A stretch of DNA of 64,000 nucleotides from positions 17,771-81,770 of the forward strand of contig JAZKCH010000015.1 in the NCBI GenBank assembly GCA_040388215.1, given 5' to 3'. Positions 9,170-18,740 of the stretch are shown here, piece after piece. The number at the start of each line of letters is the position of its first letter. The stretch's first letter is position 1. The DNA is from Pseudomonadota bacterium (GTDB taxonomy: Bacteria > Pseudomonadota > Alphaproteobacteria > Sphingomonadales > Sphingomonadaceae). Both the position numbers and the translations under genes were made by a program. A model generated the notes under the pieces. That model searched no databases and was not told the DNA's origin. It saw only the letters and a program-made list of their open reading frames with translations.

Positions 9170-10219
9170 CTAGGCGTCGAGATGCCGCCGTCGAAACGCG
9201 CTCGGGGTTTCGCCGAGGCGGTCCTTGAACACGCGGTTGAACATCACGAGGCTGCCGAACCCCGCATCCATCGCGATCGTCAGGATCGGCACGTCCGCCT
9301 GGGTCGGGTCGGCGAGCGCGCTGCGGACTTCGGCGATCCGGTGTTCGTTGAGATAGTCGCTGACGTTGCGATAGCCGAGCCCGCCATTGATGTGCCGCCG
9401 CACGCGATATTCGGGTGTTTCGACGCGCGCGGCGATTCCGCCGATCGTCAATTCGGGATCGCGATAGGCACGGTCTTCGGTCATCATCCGCGCGAGCGCG
9501 TGCTCAAGCGTCGCATCGAGCGGTTCGGGAACCGGGGCGGTCACCGGCACCTCGCCACCAACGGGGCCTGCAACCGCACTCTGAAAAACCTCCGGGTGGC
9601 GCAACCCGAACAGTAGCGCGGTGATCACGAACGCCCCCATGAACAGCCCGGCAGCGGAAGCCATTCCGGACACCGCGAGCTCGCCGGTCGCGCGCCCGAC
9701 GATCTCGCTGCCCAGCAGCCACAGGATGATGAGCCCGATCGACACGACGAAGATCGTTCGCGCCTGCCGGCGGGCCTCGACCAGATCGCCCTGTCGGTTG
9801 CGCCACGCCAGCCACTGCGCGTGGATCGCAAACGCTATCCCACCGAGATAGACCGCGATATCCAGTCCCTCGATCGGCGCCGCCAGTCCGCGGCCCTGCA
9901 AGCTGGCGTACAGCGTGCTGCAGAGGAACGCCGCCGTCAGTGCCATGTCGATCGCCTTGGGGCGAAACGCATCGTCGAACCAAGCGCGTGCGAACAGCCA
10001 GAACAGCGGGATCGCCGCGCTCGAACTCAGATCCAGCAATGGATCGAACGCGGTCGGCGCGTGCGGCGACCCGGCCAGCGTGCCGACGATCGTGCACAGC
10101 GTGAGCGCCAGCCCGAACCGGCTCGGCAACGATGCCGGCGCCCGCACGAACACGACCGCCGCCAGCATCAGCAATCCGATCGCACCGCCGCGGAACAGCT
10201 GATCGAGTTGGGCTATCAT
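9170..10219 (-). CDS. AraC-family regulator with N-terminal multi-TM sensor domain
   Basis: Likely start MIAQLDQ at 10219 (the ORF-track extension to 10396 looks non-coding). Hydrophobic N-terminal half; C-terminal YRDPELTIGGIA...GYRNVSDYLNEHRI...GFGSLVMFNRVFK HTH. Confidence 0.9.
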   Translation of the reverse strand: MIAQLDQLFRGGAIGLLMLAAVVFVRAPASLPSRFGLALTLCTIVGTLAGSPHAPTAFDPLLDLSSSAAIPLFWLFARAWFDDAFRPKAIDMALTAAFLCSTLYASLQGRGLAAPIEGLDIAVYLGGIAFAIHAQWLAWRNRQGDLVEARRQARTIFVVSIGLIILWLLGSEIVGRATGELAVSGMASAAGLFMGAFVITALLFGLRHPEVFQSAVAGPVGGEVPVTAPVPEPLDATLEHALARMMTEDRAYRDPELTIGGIAARVETPEYRVRRHINGGLGYRNVSDYLNEHRIAEVRSALADPTQADVPILTIAMDAGFGSLVMFNRVFKDRLGETPSAFRRRHLDA

Positions 10220-10543
10220 GAGCGATGAGGTGGCATGGCGGCGGGCACCGCGGTGCGCAAACCATGATGCGGCAGGTATGTCCAGTATACCCGTTCGCGG
10301 CTGTATTATGCGCTGGACCAAGAGGTCTGGCCAAGCCTGTGCTCGACTTGGGGTGTGCGGGTGGTTGTGGAAGGAATCCGCAGCTGGCGTCGGCAATAGC
10401 CAATCCTAGCGGCACCGTTGCCGATGCCGGACTCGTCCATCGCCATCCCGCGTTATTCTCGATGCAGGGACTGTCCCAAGTATCGGGATGACATGTATGA
10501 CGACCATATTTCTTGGGCATGGTGCCGGCATGAGGGTTAGCGG

Positions 10544-11287
10544 ATGATCTTGCGCAGCGACGAGACGTTGGATGTCGAGGTGCCCGGCAGCGGCCCGATG
10601 CGGATGCATATGTTTCGACCGGCGATCGCAGGACGCTTTCCCGGCGTACTTCTGTTTTCTGAAATCTATCAGGTGACAGCGCCAATCCGCCGGCTTGCCG
10701 CGATGATCGCCGGACACGGCTATGTCGTGGCCGTTCCCGAGGTGTATCACGACTATGAGCCCGCGGGCACGGTTCTGAAATATGATCAGGCCGGGACGGA
10801 CCGTGGCAACGATCTGAAGTTCGCCAAGCCTGTCGCGGGGTTCGACGCGGACGCCGCGGCCGGCTTAACCGCGCTTTCGGCGCACCCTGCGTGTAACGGC
10901 AGGCTGGCGACGTTCGGCGTGTGCCTCGGCGGCCATCTCGCCTATCGCGCGGCACTCGATCCGCGCGTGTCCGCGTCCGCGTGCTTCTATCCGACGGATA
11001 TCCATTCGGGGACGCTTGGCGAGGGACGGTCGGACGACAGCCTGGCGCGCATGGCCGAGCTGAAGGCCGACATCATGTTCGTCTGGGGACGGCAGGATCC
11101 GCATGTACCCTACATTGGTCGGGAGGCGATCCGCACGCGGCTGGAGCAAACCGGGGCATCCTATGAGTGGCATGAGATGAATGCGCAGCATGCATTTTTG
11201 CGCGACGAGGGACCGCGATACGATCCCGCGCTGTTTCTTCAATCGATGACGCTGACCCTCGAATTCTACCGTCGCACCCTGACATGA
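10544..11287 (+). CDS. Dienelactone hydrolase family protein
   Basis: SEIYQ, nucleophile motif GVCLGG and QHAF catalytic His. Confidence 0.9.
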   Translation: MILRSDETLDVEVPGSGPMRMHMFRPAIAGRFPGVLLFSEIYQVTAPIRRLAAMIAGHGYVVAVPEVYHDYEPAGTVLKYDQAGTDRGNDLKFAKPVAGFDADAAAGLTALSAHPACNGRLATFGVCLGGHLAYRAALDPRVSASACFYPTDIHSGTLGEGRSDDSLARMAELKADIMFVWGRQDPHVPYIGREAIRTRLEQTGASYEWHEMNAQHAFLRDEGPRYDPALFLQSMTLTLEFYRRTLT

Positions 11288-11323
11288 CTTGGTAGCTATG
11301 GCCTGTCGGCTTTGCGGATCGCC

Positions 11324-11363
11324 GCAGACGCTTCCAAGCCTGTAACGGCCTGGAGGCGTCTGC
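11324..11363. terminator. Hairpin between convergent genes; probable bidirectional terminator
   Basis: GCAGACGCTTCCA / TGGAGGCGTCTGC inverted repeat (12/13). Confidence 0.55.
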
Positions 11364-11413
11364 TTCTCATCCGAGTTAAGCGCGACTAGTCGGCGTTCGG
11401 TGGCGCGCCGGTC

Positions 11414-12637
11414 TTACCCGGCGTGACGCGCGCGGAAGAGTTTGCCGCCTTCGACGGCGTACACCACCGCCAGCACACCCAGGCCGATCGCGAGATAGCC
11501 GATCGCTAGGGGATAGGTGGTGCCGTTATAGGATTGCCCGATCAGCGATCCGACGATCACCGCGCCTACGCTGGTGATGAAACCCTGGATCGACGAGGCG
11601 GTCCCCGCGATATGCCCTACCGGCTCCATCGCCATCGCGCCGAAATTCGAACCGCACAGTCCGATGCAGGTCATGCTCAGCGCCTGGAACAGCATGTAGG
11701 TCCAGAGCGATTCCAGCCCTGTCGCGATCACACCGATATGCAGCAGGGACAGGCCGATCAGCGCGAATACCGCAGCTTGCGATATCAGTCGCGTCCCCAG
11801 GCGCTCGACGAGGCGGCTGTTGGCGAACGACGCGCATCCCATCGAAAATGCGCAGACCGCGAACAGGATGGTGAAGCGCTCGCCGGCATGAAACTGGTCG
11901 ACGAAGATCTGCTGGGCCGACGACACGAAGGCGATGATGCCGCCAAAGGTCATCGACGCCGCGACCGCATACCCTGCCGAGAACCGGTTCGTCAGCGTCA
12001 GCGTGTAGGCGTGGCGAAGCGCACCGAGCGACAAGGGTGTCCGGCGATCGACCGGCAGCGATTCGCCGAGCCGGCTGGCGGACCAGGCGAGCACCAGTGC
12101 CGCAAACCCGGCCAGGGCATAGAAGATGAACCGCCACGGACCGATCGCCAGCAACACCTGCCCGAGGCTGGGGGCCATGATCGGTACGAGGAAGAAGATC
12201 ATCTGCGCGACCGACAACGTGCGGGCCATCTGTCGCCCCGAATAGCGGTCACGAACGATCGCGACCGCGAGCACCCGCGTGGAGGCGGACATCAGCCCCT
12301 GGAGAACCCGGGCACCGAGCAGCGCGGCGAAGGTCTGCGATCCGGCGGCGAAGATGCTGGCTGCGACGAACCCGGCGAGCGTCAGCAGCAGGATCGGCTT
12401 GCGCCCGTACCGATCCGCCAACGGACCGTAGACGAGCTGGCCGGCGCCGAACCCGAGCATGTACGCGGTGATGATCCATTGCCGGTGATTGGCGGTGGCG
12501 ATGCCGAGCTGATGGCCGATATCCGCCAACGCCGGCAGCATCAGGTCGACGCCGAGCGCGTTGACCGCCATCAACGCCGCGACGAAGGCGACGAATTCGC
12601 CGGGTTTCATCGAGGGGGCGGGAGTTTTGTCGGTCAT
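11414..12637 (-). CDS. Bcr/CflA-family (DHA1) MFS drug efflux transporter
   Basis: 407 aa, ~12 TM; DLMLPAL, GPLADRYGRKP motif A and GARVLQG. Confidence 0.92.
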   Translation of the reverse strand: MTDKTPAPSMKPGEFVAFVAALMAVNALGVDLMLPALADIGHQLGIATANHRQWIITAYMLGFGAGQLVYGPLADRYGRKPILLLTLAGFVAASIFAAGSQTFAALLGARVLQGLMSASTRVLAVAIVRDRYSGRQMARTLSVAQMIFFLVPIMAPSLGQVLLAIGPWRFIFYALAGFAALVLAWSASRLGESLPVDRRTPLSLGALRHAYTLTLTNRFSAGYAVAASMTFGGIIAFVSSAQQIFVDQFHAGERFTILFAVCAFSMGCASFANSRLVERLGTRLISQAAVFALIGLSLLHIGVIATGLESLWTYMLFQALSMTCIGLCGSNFGAMAMEPVGHIAGTASSIQGFITSVGAVIVGSLIGQSYNGTTYPLAIGYLAIGLGVLAVVYAVEGGKLFRARHAG

Positions 12638-12798
12638 CGGGTGGGCCTAGGTCGCAAATGCCGGGAAGGCCATGTGAATGACGTATCGCGACTATAGGTT
12701 CCGGCTGGCGGTTCCGGGGCGCAGGTCGGTCGGCCACCGCTGCCCACTGCTCCGGTTCGTGCTCCGTCCCGATCGATCGTTGTCGAGGCGGCGCGCGC

Positions 12799-13407
12799 CT
12801 ACCGGGTCAGGAGCGTCATGCCCAGTAACTGACGAGTGGCCCTGAGCGCGGTCTCGAACGGCGCCTGCGTGCGGACGATCTTGACCATCACGCTGGCGCC
12901 GAGCCACAGGTGATAGAGCGAGGCGGCGAGTTCGGCCGGGGGCTCGGTAACGGAGAGCGAGCGGTCTGCCACACCGGCTTCGATTCCCTGTGTCATGCGC
13001 GCCACGATGCCGGTCGTCCCGGCTTTCAGCGCGAGGCGCATCGGCTCTGAAAGATCGGCAACTTCGGCACCGAGCTTCACGGCCAGGCATCGCCCCTGGC
13101 AGTCGAACGCCCCCTGGGTCTCGCGCCATGCTGCGAAATACAGCATCAGCCGCTCCGCCGCGGTCAGGCCGGGCTTGGCGAACAGCACGTCCATGTCGTC
13201 GTGGTAGCCCTCGAAATAGGCGGAGAGCATGGCCTCGCCGAACGCGTCCTTCGAAGCGAAATAATGATAGAACGATCCCTTCGGGACGCCCGCGTCCTTA
13301 AGGATCTCGGTCAGGCCGACGGCGGAAAAACCTTTTCGGCTCATGATCCGCTGGCCCGTCGCTAGGATCGTCGACCGTGAGTCGGGTTCGGGTGCTGTTG
13401 GCGGCAT
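12799..13407 (-). CDS. TetR-family regulator, NemR-like
   Basis: KGFSAVGLTEIL...GVPKGSFYHYFASK HTH; GRCLAVKLGAEV with the conserved Cys typical of NemR. Confidence 0.88.
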   Translation of the reverse strand: MPPTAPEPDSRSTILATGQRIMSRKGFSAVGLTEILKDAGVPKGSFYHYFASKDAFGEAMLSAYFEGYHDDMDVLFAKPGLTAAERLMLYFAAWRETQGAFDCQGRCLAVKLGAEVADLSEPMRLALKAGTTGIVARMTQGIEAGVADRSLSVTEPPAELAASLYHLWLGASVMVKIVRTQAPFETALRATRQLLGMTLLTR

Positions 13408-13427
13408 GACCTTTCCCTATAGGCCTG

Positions 13428-13442
13428 TAGACCGATCGTCTA
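13428..13442. promoter_or_regulatory. Putative NemR-type operator 1 (TAGACCGATCGTCTA)
   Basis: TAGAC-N5-GTCTA palindrome 20 nt upstream of the TetR start; resembles the E. coli NemR box TAGACC-N4-GGTCTA. Confidence 0.6.
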
Positions 13443-13526
13443 GTGATCTTCGGCATATATGTAGCCACTTCTAGTTTTGCCGCGACTGTGTCTTCAAGAC
13501 GACGATCACGATAGTCGAATTTTTAC

Positions 13527-13541
13527 TATACGACCGGTCTA
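13527..13541. promoter_or_regulatory. Putative NemR-type operator 2 (reverse strand TAGACCGGTCGTATA)
   Basis: 13/15 identical to operator 1 in inverted orientation; upstream of the DJ-1/PfpI gene. Confidence 0.55.
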
Positions 13542-13680
13542 GTGATGGCTAAGCGCCATCCATCGGCGTTACTAGGCGGGGTCGAAGATGTCCCGTCGAC
13601 GCGACGTTGGCAGAGGCATTCGCGACCGTTTCCCTGGTTTGCCCGGTTCTTGGCCGCTCCAAGATATGGAAGGACATCAT

Positions 13681-14361
13681 ATGAAGATCCTGATGATACT
13701 CACGTCGCACGACACGCTTGGCGACACCGGCCGCAAGACGGGCTTCTGGCTCGAGGAACTCGCTGCGCCCTATTACATCTTCAAGGACGCCGGCGCCGAA
13801 ATCACGCTGGCTTCGCCCAAGGGCGGGCAGCCGCCGCTCGATCCCAAGAGCAACGAGCCCGACAGCCAGACCGACGACACGCGTCGCTTCGAAGCGGATG
13901 ACGAGGCCAAGGCGGCGTTGGCCAGCACCGTGAAACTCGCGGACGTCTCGGCGACCGACTTCGACACCGTGTTCTACCCCGGTGGGCACGGACCGCTCTG
14001 GGACCTGGCCGAGGACGCCATGTCGATCGACCTCATCGAAACCACGCTGGCGGCCGGCAAGCCGGTAGCGCTCGTCTGCCACGCGCCTGGCGTCCTGCGT
14101 CACGTCAAGACTGCCGAAGGACGTCCGCTGGTCGAGGGCAAGACAGTGACCGGGTTCACCAATTCGGAAGAGGACGCGGTCGGCTTGACCGATGTGGTGC
14201 CGTTCCTCGTCGAGGACGAACTGACCGCCAAGGGTGGTGTCTATTCGCGTGGTCCCGACTGGGGCTCGTACGTGGTGCAGGACGGGCTGCTCATCACCGG
14301 GCAGAACCCGGGTTCGTCCGCCGCGGCGGCACGCGCGCTGCTGGCCGCACTCGCCGCCTGA
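13681..14361 (+). CDS. DJ-1/PfpI-family (type 1 glutamine amidotransferase-like) protein, glyoxalase III-like
   Basis: GAAGGA RBS before ATG 13681; TGFWLEELAAPY, FYPGGHGPLWDL, ALVCHAP (Cys-His) and ITGQNP motifs. Confidence 0.9.
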   Translation: MKILMILTSHDTLGDTGRKTGFWLEELAAPYYIFKDAGAEITLASPKGGQPPLDPKSNEPDSQTDDTRRFEADDEAKAALASTVKLADVSATDFDTVFYPGGHGPLWDLAEDAMSIDLIETTLAAGKPVALVCHAPGVLRHVKTAEGRPLVEGKTVTGFTNSEEDAVGLTDVVPFLVEDELTAKGGVYSRGPDWGSYVVQDGLLITGQNPGSSAAAARALLAALAA

Positions 14362-14377
14362 TCGTTCGGCGGCAGAT

Positions 14378-14413
14378 CCTGTCGGCATCCCGTGGATCAG
14401 GGATGCCGACAGG
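14378..14413. terminator. Perfect 14-bp hairpin between convergent genes; probable bidirectional terminator
   Basis: CCTGTCGGCATCCC-N8-GGGATGCCGACAGG. Confidence 0.65.
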
Positions 14414-14421
14414 GTGTGCGG

Positions 14422-16134
14422 TCAGACCGCGATGATCGCTGCGTCGGCGTCCCCGTCCAGCAGCAGGTGGAGCAGGCCCGGCGCCGGGCGGGCGATCGCA
14501 TGGATGCCCAGTGCCTCGAGTGCGGGTGTCGAGGCGCGGTCGACATCCTTCAAGCGGATCCGCAGGCGGGTGCCATGCTGGCTTGCCGCCTCCAGATTGT
14601 CCGCGCCGCCGAGTGCGGCGACGGTGGCGGGGGTCAGCCGGATGTCGTTGGTGGCGACCGGTGCCGGCTCTGCGGTCGGGGGTGTCGCCTCGTTCGGCGC
14701 GGCGATCGCGTCGCGGATTTCGACCGCGACCGAATCGGCAATCGGACCGAGCACGATCTGCAGCGCGTTATCCGAGGGGCGGATCAGGCCGCGTGCGCCG
14801 AGTGCCTTCAGGCGCGCTTCGTCGACGCGCTTCTGGTTCACGACGATAAGGCGCAGGCGGGTCGTGCACGCGCCAACGCTGGTGAGGTTCGCCGCGCCGC
14901 CGAGCGCTTCGGCAAACGCGGCGCCGCGCTCGCTCTTGGCGACGGTTGCCGCGGCGACGGGTGCATCGCGCTCGCGGCCGGGGGTGGGCAAGTCGAGGCG
15001 CTTGATGACGGTGCGGAACAGGACGTAGTAGATCGCTGCATACGCGAGACCGACCGGGAGCAGGAGCAGCGGCTTGGTCGCCTTGCCGTAGTTCAGCACG
15101 TAATCGAACAGCCCGGCGGAGAAGCCGAAGCCCAATTTCACGCCGAGCGCATCCATCAGCGCCATCGACACGCCGGTCAGCACCGCGTGGATCGCGTAGA
15201 GCACCGGCGCGAGGAACATGAAGCTGAACTCGATCGGCTCGGTCACGCCGGTCAGCATCGAGGTTAGCGCGAGGCTGAGCAGCATGCCGCCGACCGCCTT
15301 GCGACGCTCGGGCAACGCGGTGTGGTACATCGCGAGGCAGGCGGCGGGCAGGCCGAACATCATCACCGGGAAGAACCCGGCCATGAACGCGCCCGCGGTC
15401 GGATCGCCTGCGAAGAAGCGCCGCAGATCGCCCGTGGTGCCCTGGTAATCGCCGGCGACGAACCAGACGATGTTGTTGAGCAGATGGTGCAGCCCAGTGA
15501 CGAGCAACAGGCGGTTGAGCAGGCCGAACGCGAACAGGCCGAACCCGCCTGCGCCGCTGATGCCGTAGCTGAGGCCATCGATACCCGTGCTGAGTGCGCC
15601 GAAGCCGAGGCCGACGACCAGCCCGAGCACGAGGCCTGCGACGCCGCTGACGATCGGCACGAACCGGCGCCCGCCGAAGAAGGCGAGATATTCGGGCAGC
15701 GCGATCGCGGAGAAGCGGTTGTAGAAACTGCCGCCGATCAGCCCCGACAGAATGCCGATCGGTACGTCGAGTCGGGCGATCGCCTTGGCCTTCCACGCGG
15801 CGGTGGCGAGCGCGATCGTGTCGCCGGTGAAACCTTTGAGCGCGTCGGCGGGGACGGTCATCAGCGCCTGCGCACCCTGCGTGGTGACGAGGTAGCAGAC
15901 CACGCCGGCGAGACACGCCGCGCCGTTGCCGTCGCGCGCGAACCCGGTCGCGACGCCGATCGCGAACAACAGGCCGAGATGCGAGAAGATCGCGTCGCCC
16001 GCTGCGCCGAGCACCGCGATGTCGAGCATGTCGGGCTGGCCGAGGCGCAGCAGGAGGCCGGCGACGGGGAGCACCGCGATCGGCAGCATGAGTGCGCGGC
16101 CGAGCGGCTGGAGGGCTTCGAGCAGCGACTTCAT
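14422..16134 (-). CDS. nagE: PTS N-acetylglucosamine-specific EIICB with an extra C-terminal EIIB-like domain
   Basis: LGRALMLPIAVLP, TGLHHLLN and GVTEPIEF (EIIC); ACTTRLR (EIIB, Cys423); second LGGADN...QHGTRLR domain. Confidence 0.92.
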   Translation of the reverse strand: MKSLLEALQPLGRALMLPIAVLPVAGLLLRLGQPDMLDIAVLGAAGDAIFSHLGLLFAIGVATGFARDGNGAACLAGVVCYLVTTQGAQALMTVPADALKGFTGDTIALATAAWKAKAIARLDVPIGILSGLIGGSFYNRFSAIALPEYLAFFGGRRFVPIVSGVAGLVLGLVVGLGFGALSTGIDGLSYGISGAGGFGLFAFGLLNRLLLVTGLHHLLNNIVWFVAGDYQGTTGDLRRFFAGDPTAGAFMAGFFPVMMFGLPAACLAMYHTALPERRKAVGGMLLSLALTSMLTGVTEPIEFSFMFLAPVLYAIHAVLTGVSMALMDALGVKLGFGFSAGLFDYVLNYGKATKPLLLLPVGLAYAAIYYVLFRTVIKRLDLPTPGRERDAPVAAATVAKSERGAAFAEALGGAANLTSVGACTTRLRLIVVNQKRVDEARLKALGARGLIRPSDNALQIVLGPIADSVAVEIRDAIAAPNEATPPTAEPAPVATNDIRLTPATVAALGGADNLEAASQHGTRLRIRLKDVDRASTPALEALGIHAIARPAPGLLHLLLDGDADAAIIAV

Positions 16135-18737
16135 GGGCGGAAACTCCGGGCGAGCGTTCGCACGTCCGCGGCTGAGATGCAGTTCATCGCGGCGGCGGCA
16201 TGCGCCCTACACGCGTCGATCGTAAGCGTCGCGACTAGCGCCTTGATCTCGGGCACGAGCGCGGGCGCGGACGAGAGTTCGGTGACGCCGAGGCCGATCA
16301 GGATCGGTACGGCGAGCGGATCGGAGGCGAGGCCGCCGCATACGCCGGTCCATTTGCCGTGGACCGCGCCGCCCTCGCAGGTGCGCGCGATCAGGCGGAG
16401 GACGGCGGGGTGGAGCCCGTCGAGGTCGCTGGCGACCGCCGGATTGCCGCGGTCCATCGCGAGCGCATATTGCGTCAGGTCGTTGGTGCCGATCGATAGG
16501 AAGTCGGCTTCGCTTGCCAGCAGGTCTGCGGTGATCGCGGCGGCGGGCGTCTCGATCATGATGCCGAGCGCGACATGTTCCGTGTGCTCGGTCGCGGCAG
16601 CGGCCGCGTCGAGCGCGGCGCGGACCGCGCGGAGTTCGGCGAGGCTCGCGATCATCGGCACCATGATGCGGCACTGGCCTGCGGGGCGGACCGCGAGGAT
16701 CGCACGCAGTTGTGCGTCGAGCATTTCGGGATGGGCTAGGCCGACGCGGATGCCGCGCAGGCCGAGCGCCGGGTTCTCTTCCGCGGCGATCGGGAGGTAG
16801 GGGGCGGGCTTGTCGCCGCCGATGTCGAGCAGGCGGACGATCAGCGGGCGGCCGTCGAGCGTGTCGGCGATGCGCTGGTAATCTGCGGTCTGTTCCTCGA
16901 CGCTGGGCGCGCTGTCGCGTTCGAGGAACAGGAATTCGGTGCGAAGTAGCCCGCAGCCCTCGGCGCCGTTACGGACCGCGGCCTCGGCATCGTCGGCAGA
17001 CCCGAGATTGGCGAAGGCTTCGATCCGGACGCCGTCCTGCGTGCGGCATTCGCGCGCGGCGTTGGCGAGCGCGGCGCGGCGGCGTTCGGTCTGCGCGTCG
17101 AACGCGGTTTGCGCGGTCGCCTGTGTTTCGGCATCGGGCGCGACGTGGAGCAGGCCCGCGCCGGCGTCGAGGATCAGCGGCGTGCCCGCGGCGATCTCGG
17201 CGAGGGCTGGGCCGACTGCGACGAGAGCGGGCAGGCCCATCGTCGCGGCGAGGATCGCGACATGCGAGGTGGGGCCACCGCGCTCGACGCAGAAGCCGAC
17301 GATCGAGGCTGTATCTAGGCCGAGCAGATGCGAGGGGAGCAGGTCATCCGCCAGCAGGATCGTGCCGGGTGGGAAGCTCAAGCGCTCGTCGAGGTCTTCG
17401 CCCGCGAGCGCGCGCAGGACCTGGCGTTCGAGGTCGAGCATGTCGTCGGCGCGTTCGGCGAGGCGGGCGTCGCCGGTGGCGTGAAGGGCGTCTGCCTGCG
17501 CACGGATCGCGGTGCGCCACGCATAGGCGGCGCTCTCGCCTTGGGTGATCGCTGCGTGCGCGGCGTCGGTGAGGGTCGGGTCGTCGAGCAGGGCGGCATG
17601 CGCGGACAGGATTGCGCGTTCGGCGCCGGTCGCGGTTGCCGATTTGGTGGCGAGGCGGTCTGTGACCGTAGCGAGCGCGGTGTCGAGTGCGGTGCGTTCG
17701 GTGGTTGCGCCCGAGCCTTCGCGGGTCACGGCGATCTCGGCGAGGCGGAAGAGTCCGGCCTGGCCGATCGCGATTCCCGGAGAGGCGGTGACGCCGGGCA
17801 GGCGGCCGTCAGCGGGGAGGGTGGTGGCTTTAGCGGCATCGCCCTTCTGTTCCCCCGCGGAGGCGGGGGCCCAGGACCCCGCGGCGCCATCGTTCTTGGC
17901 TCCTGGGCCCCCGCCTTCGCGGGGGAAAACGGAAGTGGACGGTGCTACTGCCGGGGGCGTGGTAGCACCGGACCCGGCCTTCTCACCCATGCCGCCGAGG
18001 ATCAGGTCGCCTATCGCCGCGAGCGCGTCGGTGGCATCTGGGCCGGTGGCGGCGAGCGTGATCTCGTCGCCGAGCTTTACGCCCAGCGCCATCAGCGCGA
18101 CCGGGCTGCGGACGTTACCGTCGCGCTCGTCCTTCGTGATCTTCACGTCGGACACGAACTTCCGCGCGGTCTCGCCGATGCGGGCTGCTGGGCGGGCGTG
18201 AATCCCGTGGACCAGCGGCACGACGATCGTGCGGCGGACGGTATCGCCCTCGACGATTGCCACGTCGGCGGCATCGACGCGCGGTTCGAGCGTCATCATC
18301 GCCTCGCCGACGCCGACCAGCTTGCCGGTCTCGCGGCGGACGATGGTGAAGTGCTCGGGGTTGGTGACGATCACCGGCGTGATGACCGCGCGCGCCTCGC
18401 AGACCAGCAGGTCGAGATCGAAGCGGATCAGCGGATCGAGCCGCTGGACGCTCGCGCCCTCGGTTACGCAAGGGGTGAACCCGCGGCCGCCGAGCGCCAC
18501 CGTGTCGAGCCCGATATGCATCAGGATCTCGGCGCCTTCGGGCGTGCGTAGCGTGATCGCGTGGCCGCTGGCGTGGACGCTGAGCACGACTGCGTCGCAC
18601 GGTGCGTGCAGGCAGTCGCCGGTCGGATCGACGGCGATCCCGTCGCCCATCATCCGTTCGGCGAAGACCGGGTCTGGGACCGCCTCGAGCGGCGATGCCC
18701 AGCCCTGGAGGGGCGACGTCAGGATGATCGGCTTCAT
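16131..18737 (-). CDS. nagF: Multiphosphoryl transfer protein EIIA-HPr-EI (NagF/PtsP)
   Basis: LMHIGLDTV (EIIA), GIHARPA (HPr), GPTSHVAIL, GLLRTEFLF and SIGTNDLTQY (EI). Confidence 0.92.
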   Translation of the reverse strand: MKPIILTSPLQGWASPLEAVPDPVFAERMMGDGIAVDPTGDCLHAPCDAVVLSVHASGHAITLRTPEGAEILMHIGLDTVALGGRGFTPCVTEGASVQRLDPLIRFDLDLLVCEARAVITPVIVTNPEHFTIVRRETGKLVGVGEAMMTLEPRVDAADVAIVEGDTVRRTIVVPLVHGIHARPAARIGETARKFVSDVKITKDERDGNVRSPVALMALGVKLGDEITLAATGPDATDALAAIGDLILGGMGEKAGSGATTPPAVAPSTSVFPREGGGPGAKNDGAAGSWAPASAGEQKGDAAKATTLPADGRLPGVTASPGIAIGQAGLFRLAEIAVTREGSGATTERTALDTALATVTDRLATKSATATGAERAILSAHAALLDDPTLTDAAHAAITQGESAAYAWRTAIRAQADALHATGDARLAERADDMLDLERQVLRALAGEDLDERLSFPPGTILLADDLLPSHLLGLDTASIVGFCVERGGPTSHVAILAATMGLPALVAVGPALAEIAAGTPLILDAGAGLLHVAPDAETQATAQTAFDAQTERRRAALANAARECRTQDGVRIEAFANLGSADDAEAAVRNGAEGCGLLRTEFLFLERDSAPSVEEQTADYQRIADTLDGRPLIVRLLDIGGDKPAPYLPIAAEENPALGLRGIRVGLAHPEMLDAQLRAILAVRPAGQCRIMVPMIASLAELRAVRAALDAAAAATEHTEHVALGIMIETPAAAITADLLASEADFLSIGTNDLTQYALAMDRGNPAVASDLDGLHPAVLRLIARTCEGGAVHGKWTGVCGGLASDPLAVPILIGLGVTELSSAPALVPEIKALVATLTIDACRAHAAAAMNCISAADVRTLARSFRP
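17850..17927. repeat. REP-type inverted doublet inserted in frame in nagF (78 bp, 26 codons)
   Basis: TTCCCCCGCGGAGGCGGGGGCCCAGGA-N24-TCCTGGGCCCCCGCCTTCGCGGGGGAA (26/27 inverted repeat). 17848-17874 matches the intergenic repeat arm at 51518-51544 at 24/27. Confidence 0.88.
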
Positions 18738-18740
18738 GGA

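Noticed and set aside
10220-10543. Lower-GC stretch with short ORFs (10225-10491, and the extension of the AraC ORF to 10396)
   Set aside because: No family motif, repeat or IS end was seen. It is most simply a divergent promoter region, though a decayed remnant cannot be excluded.
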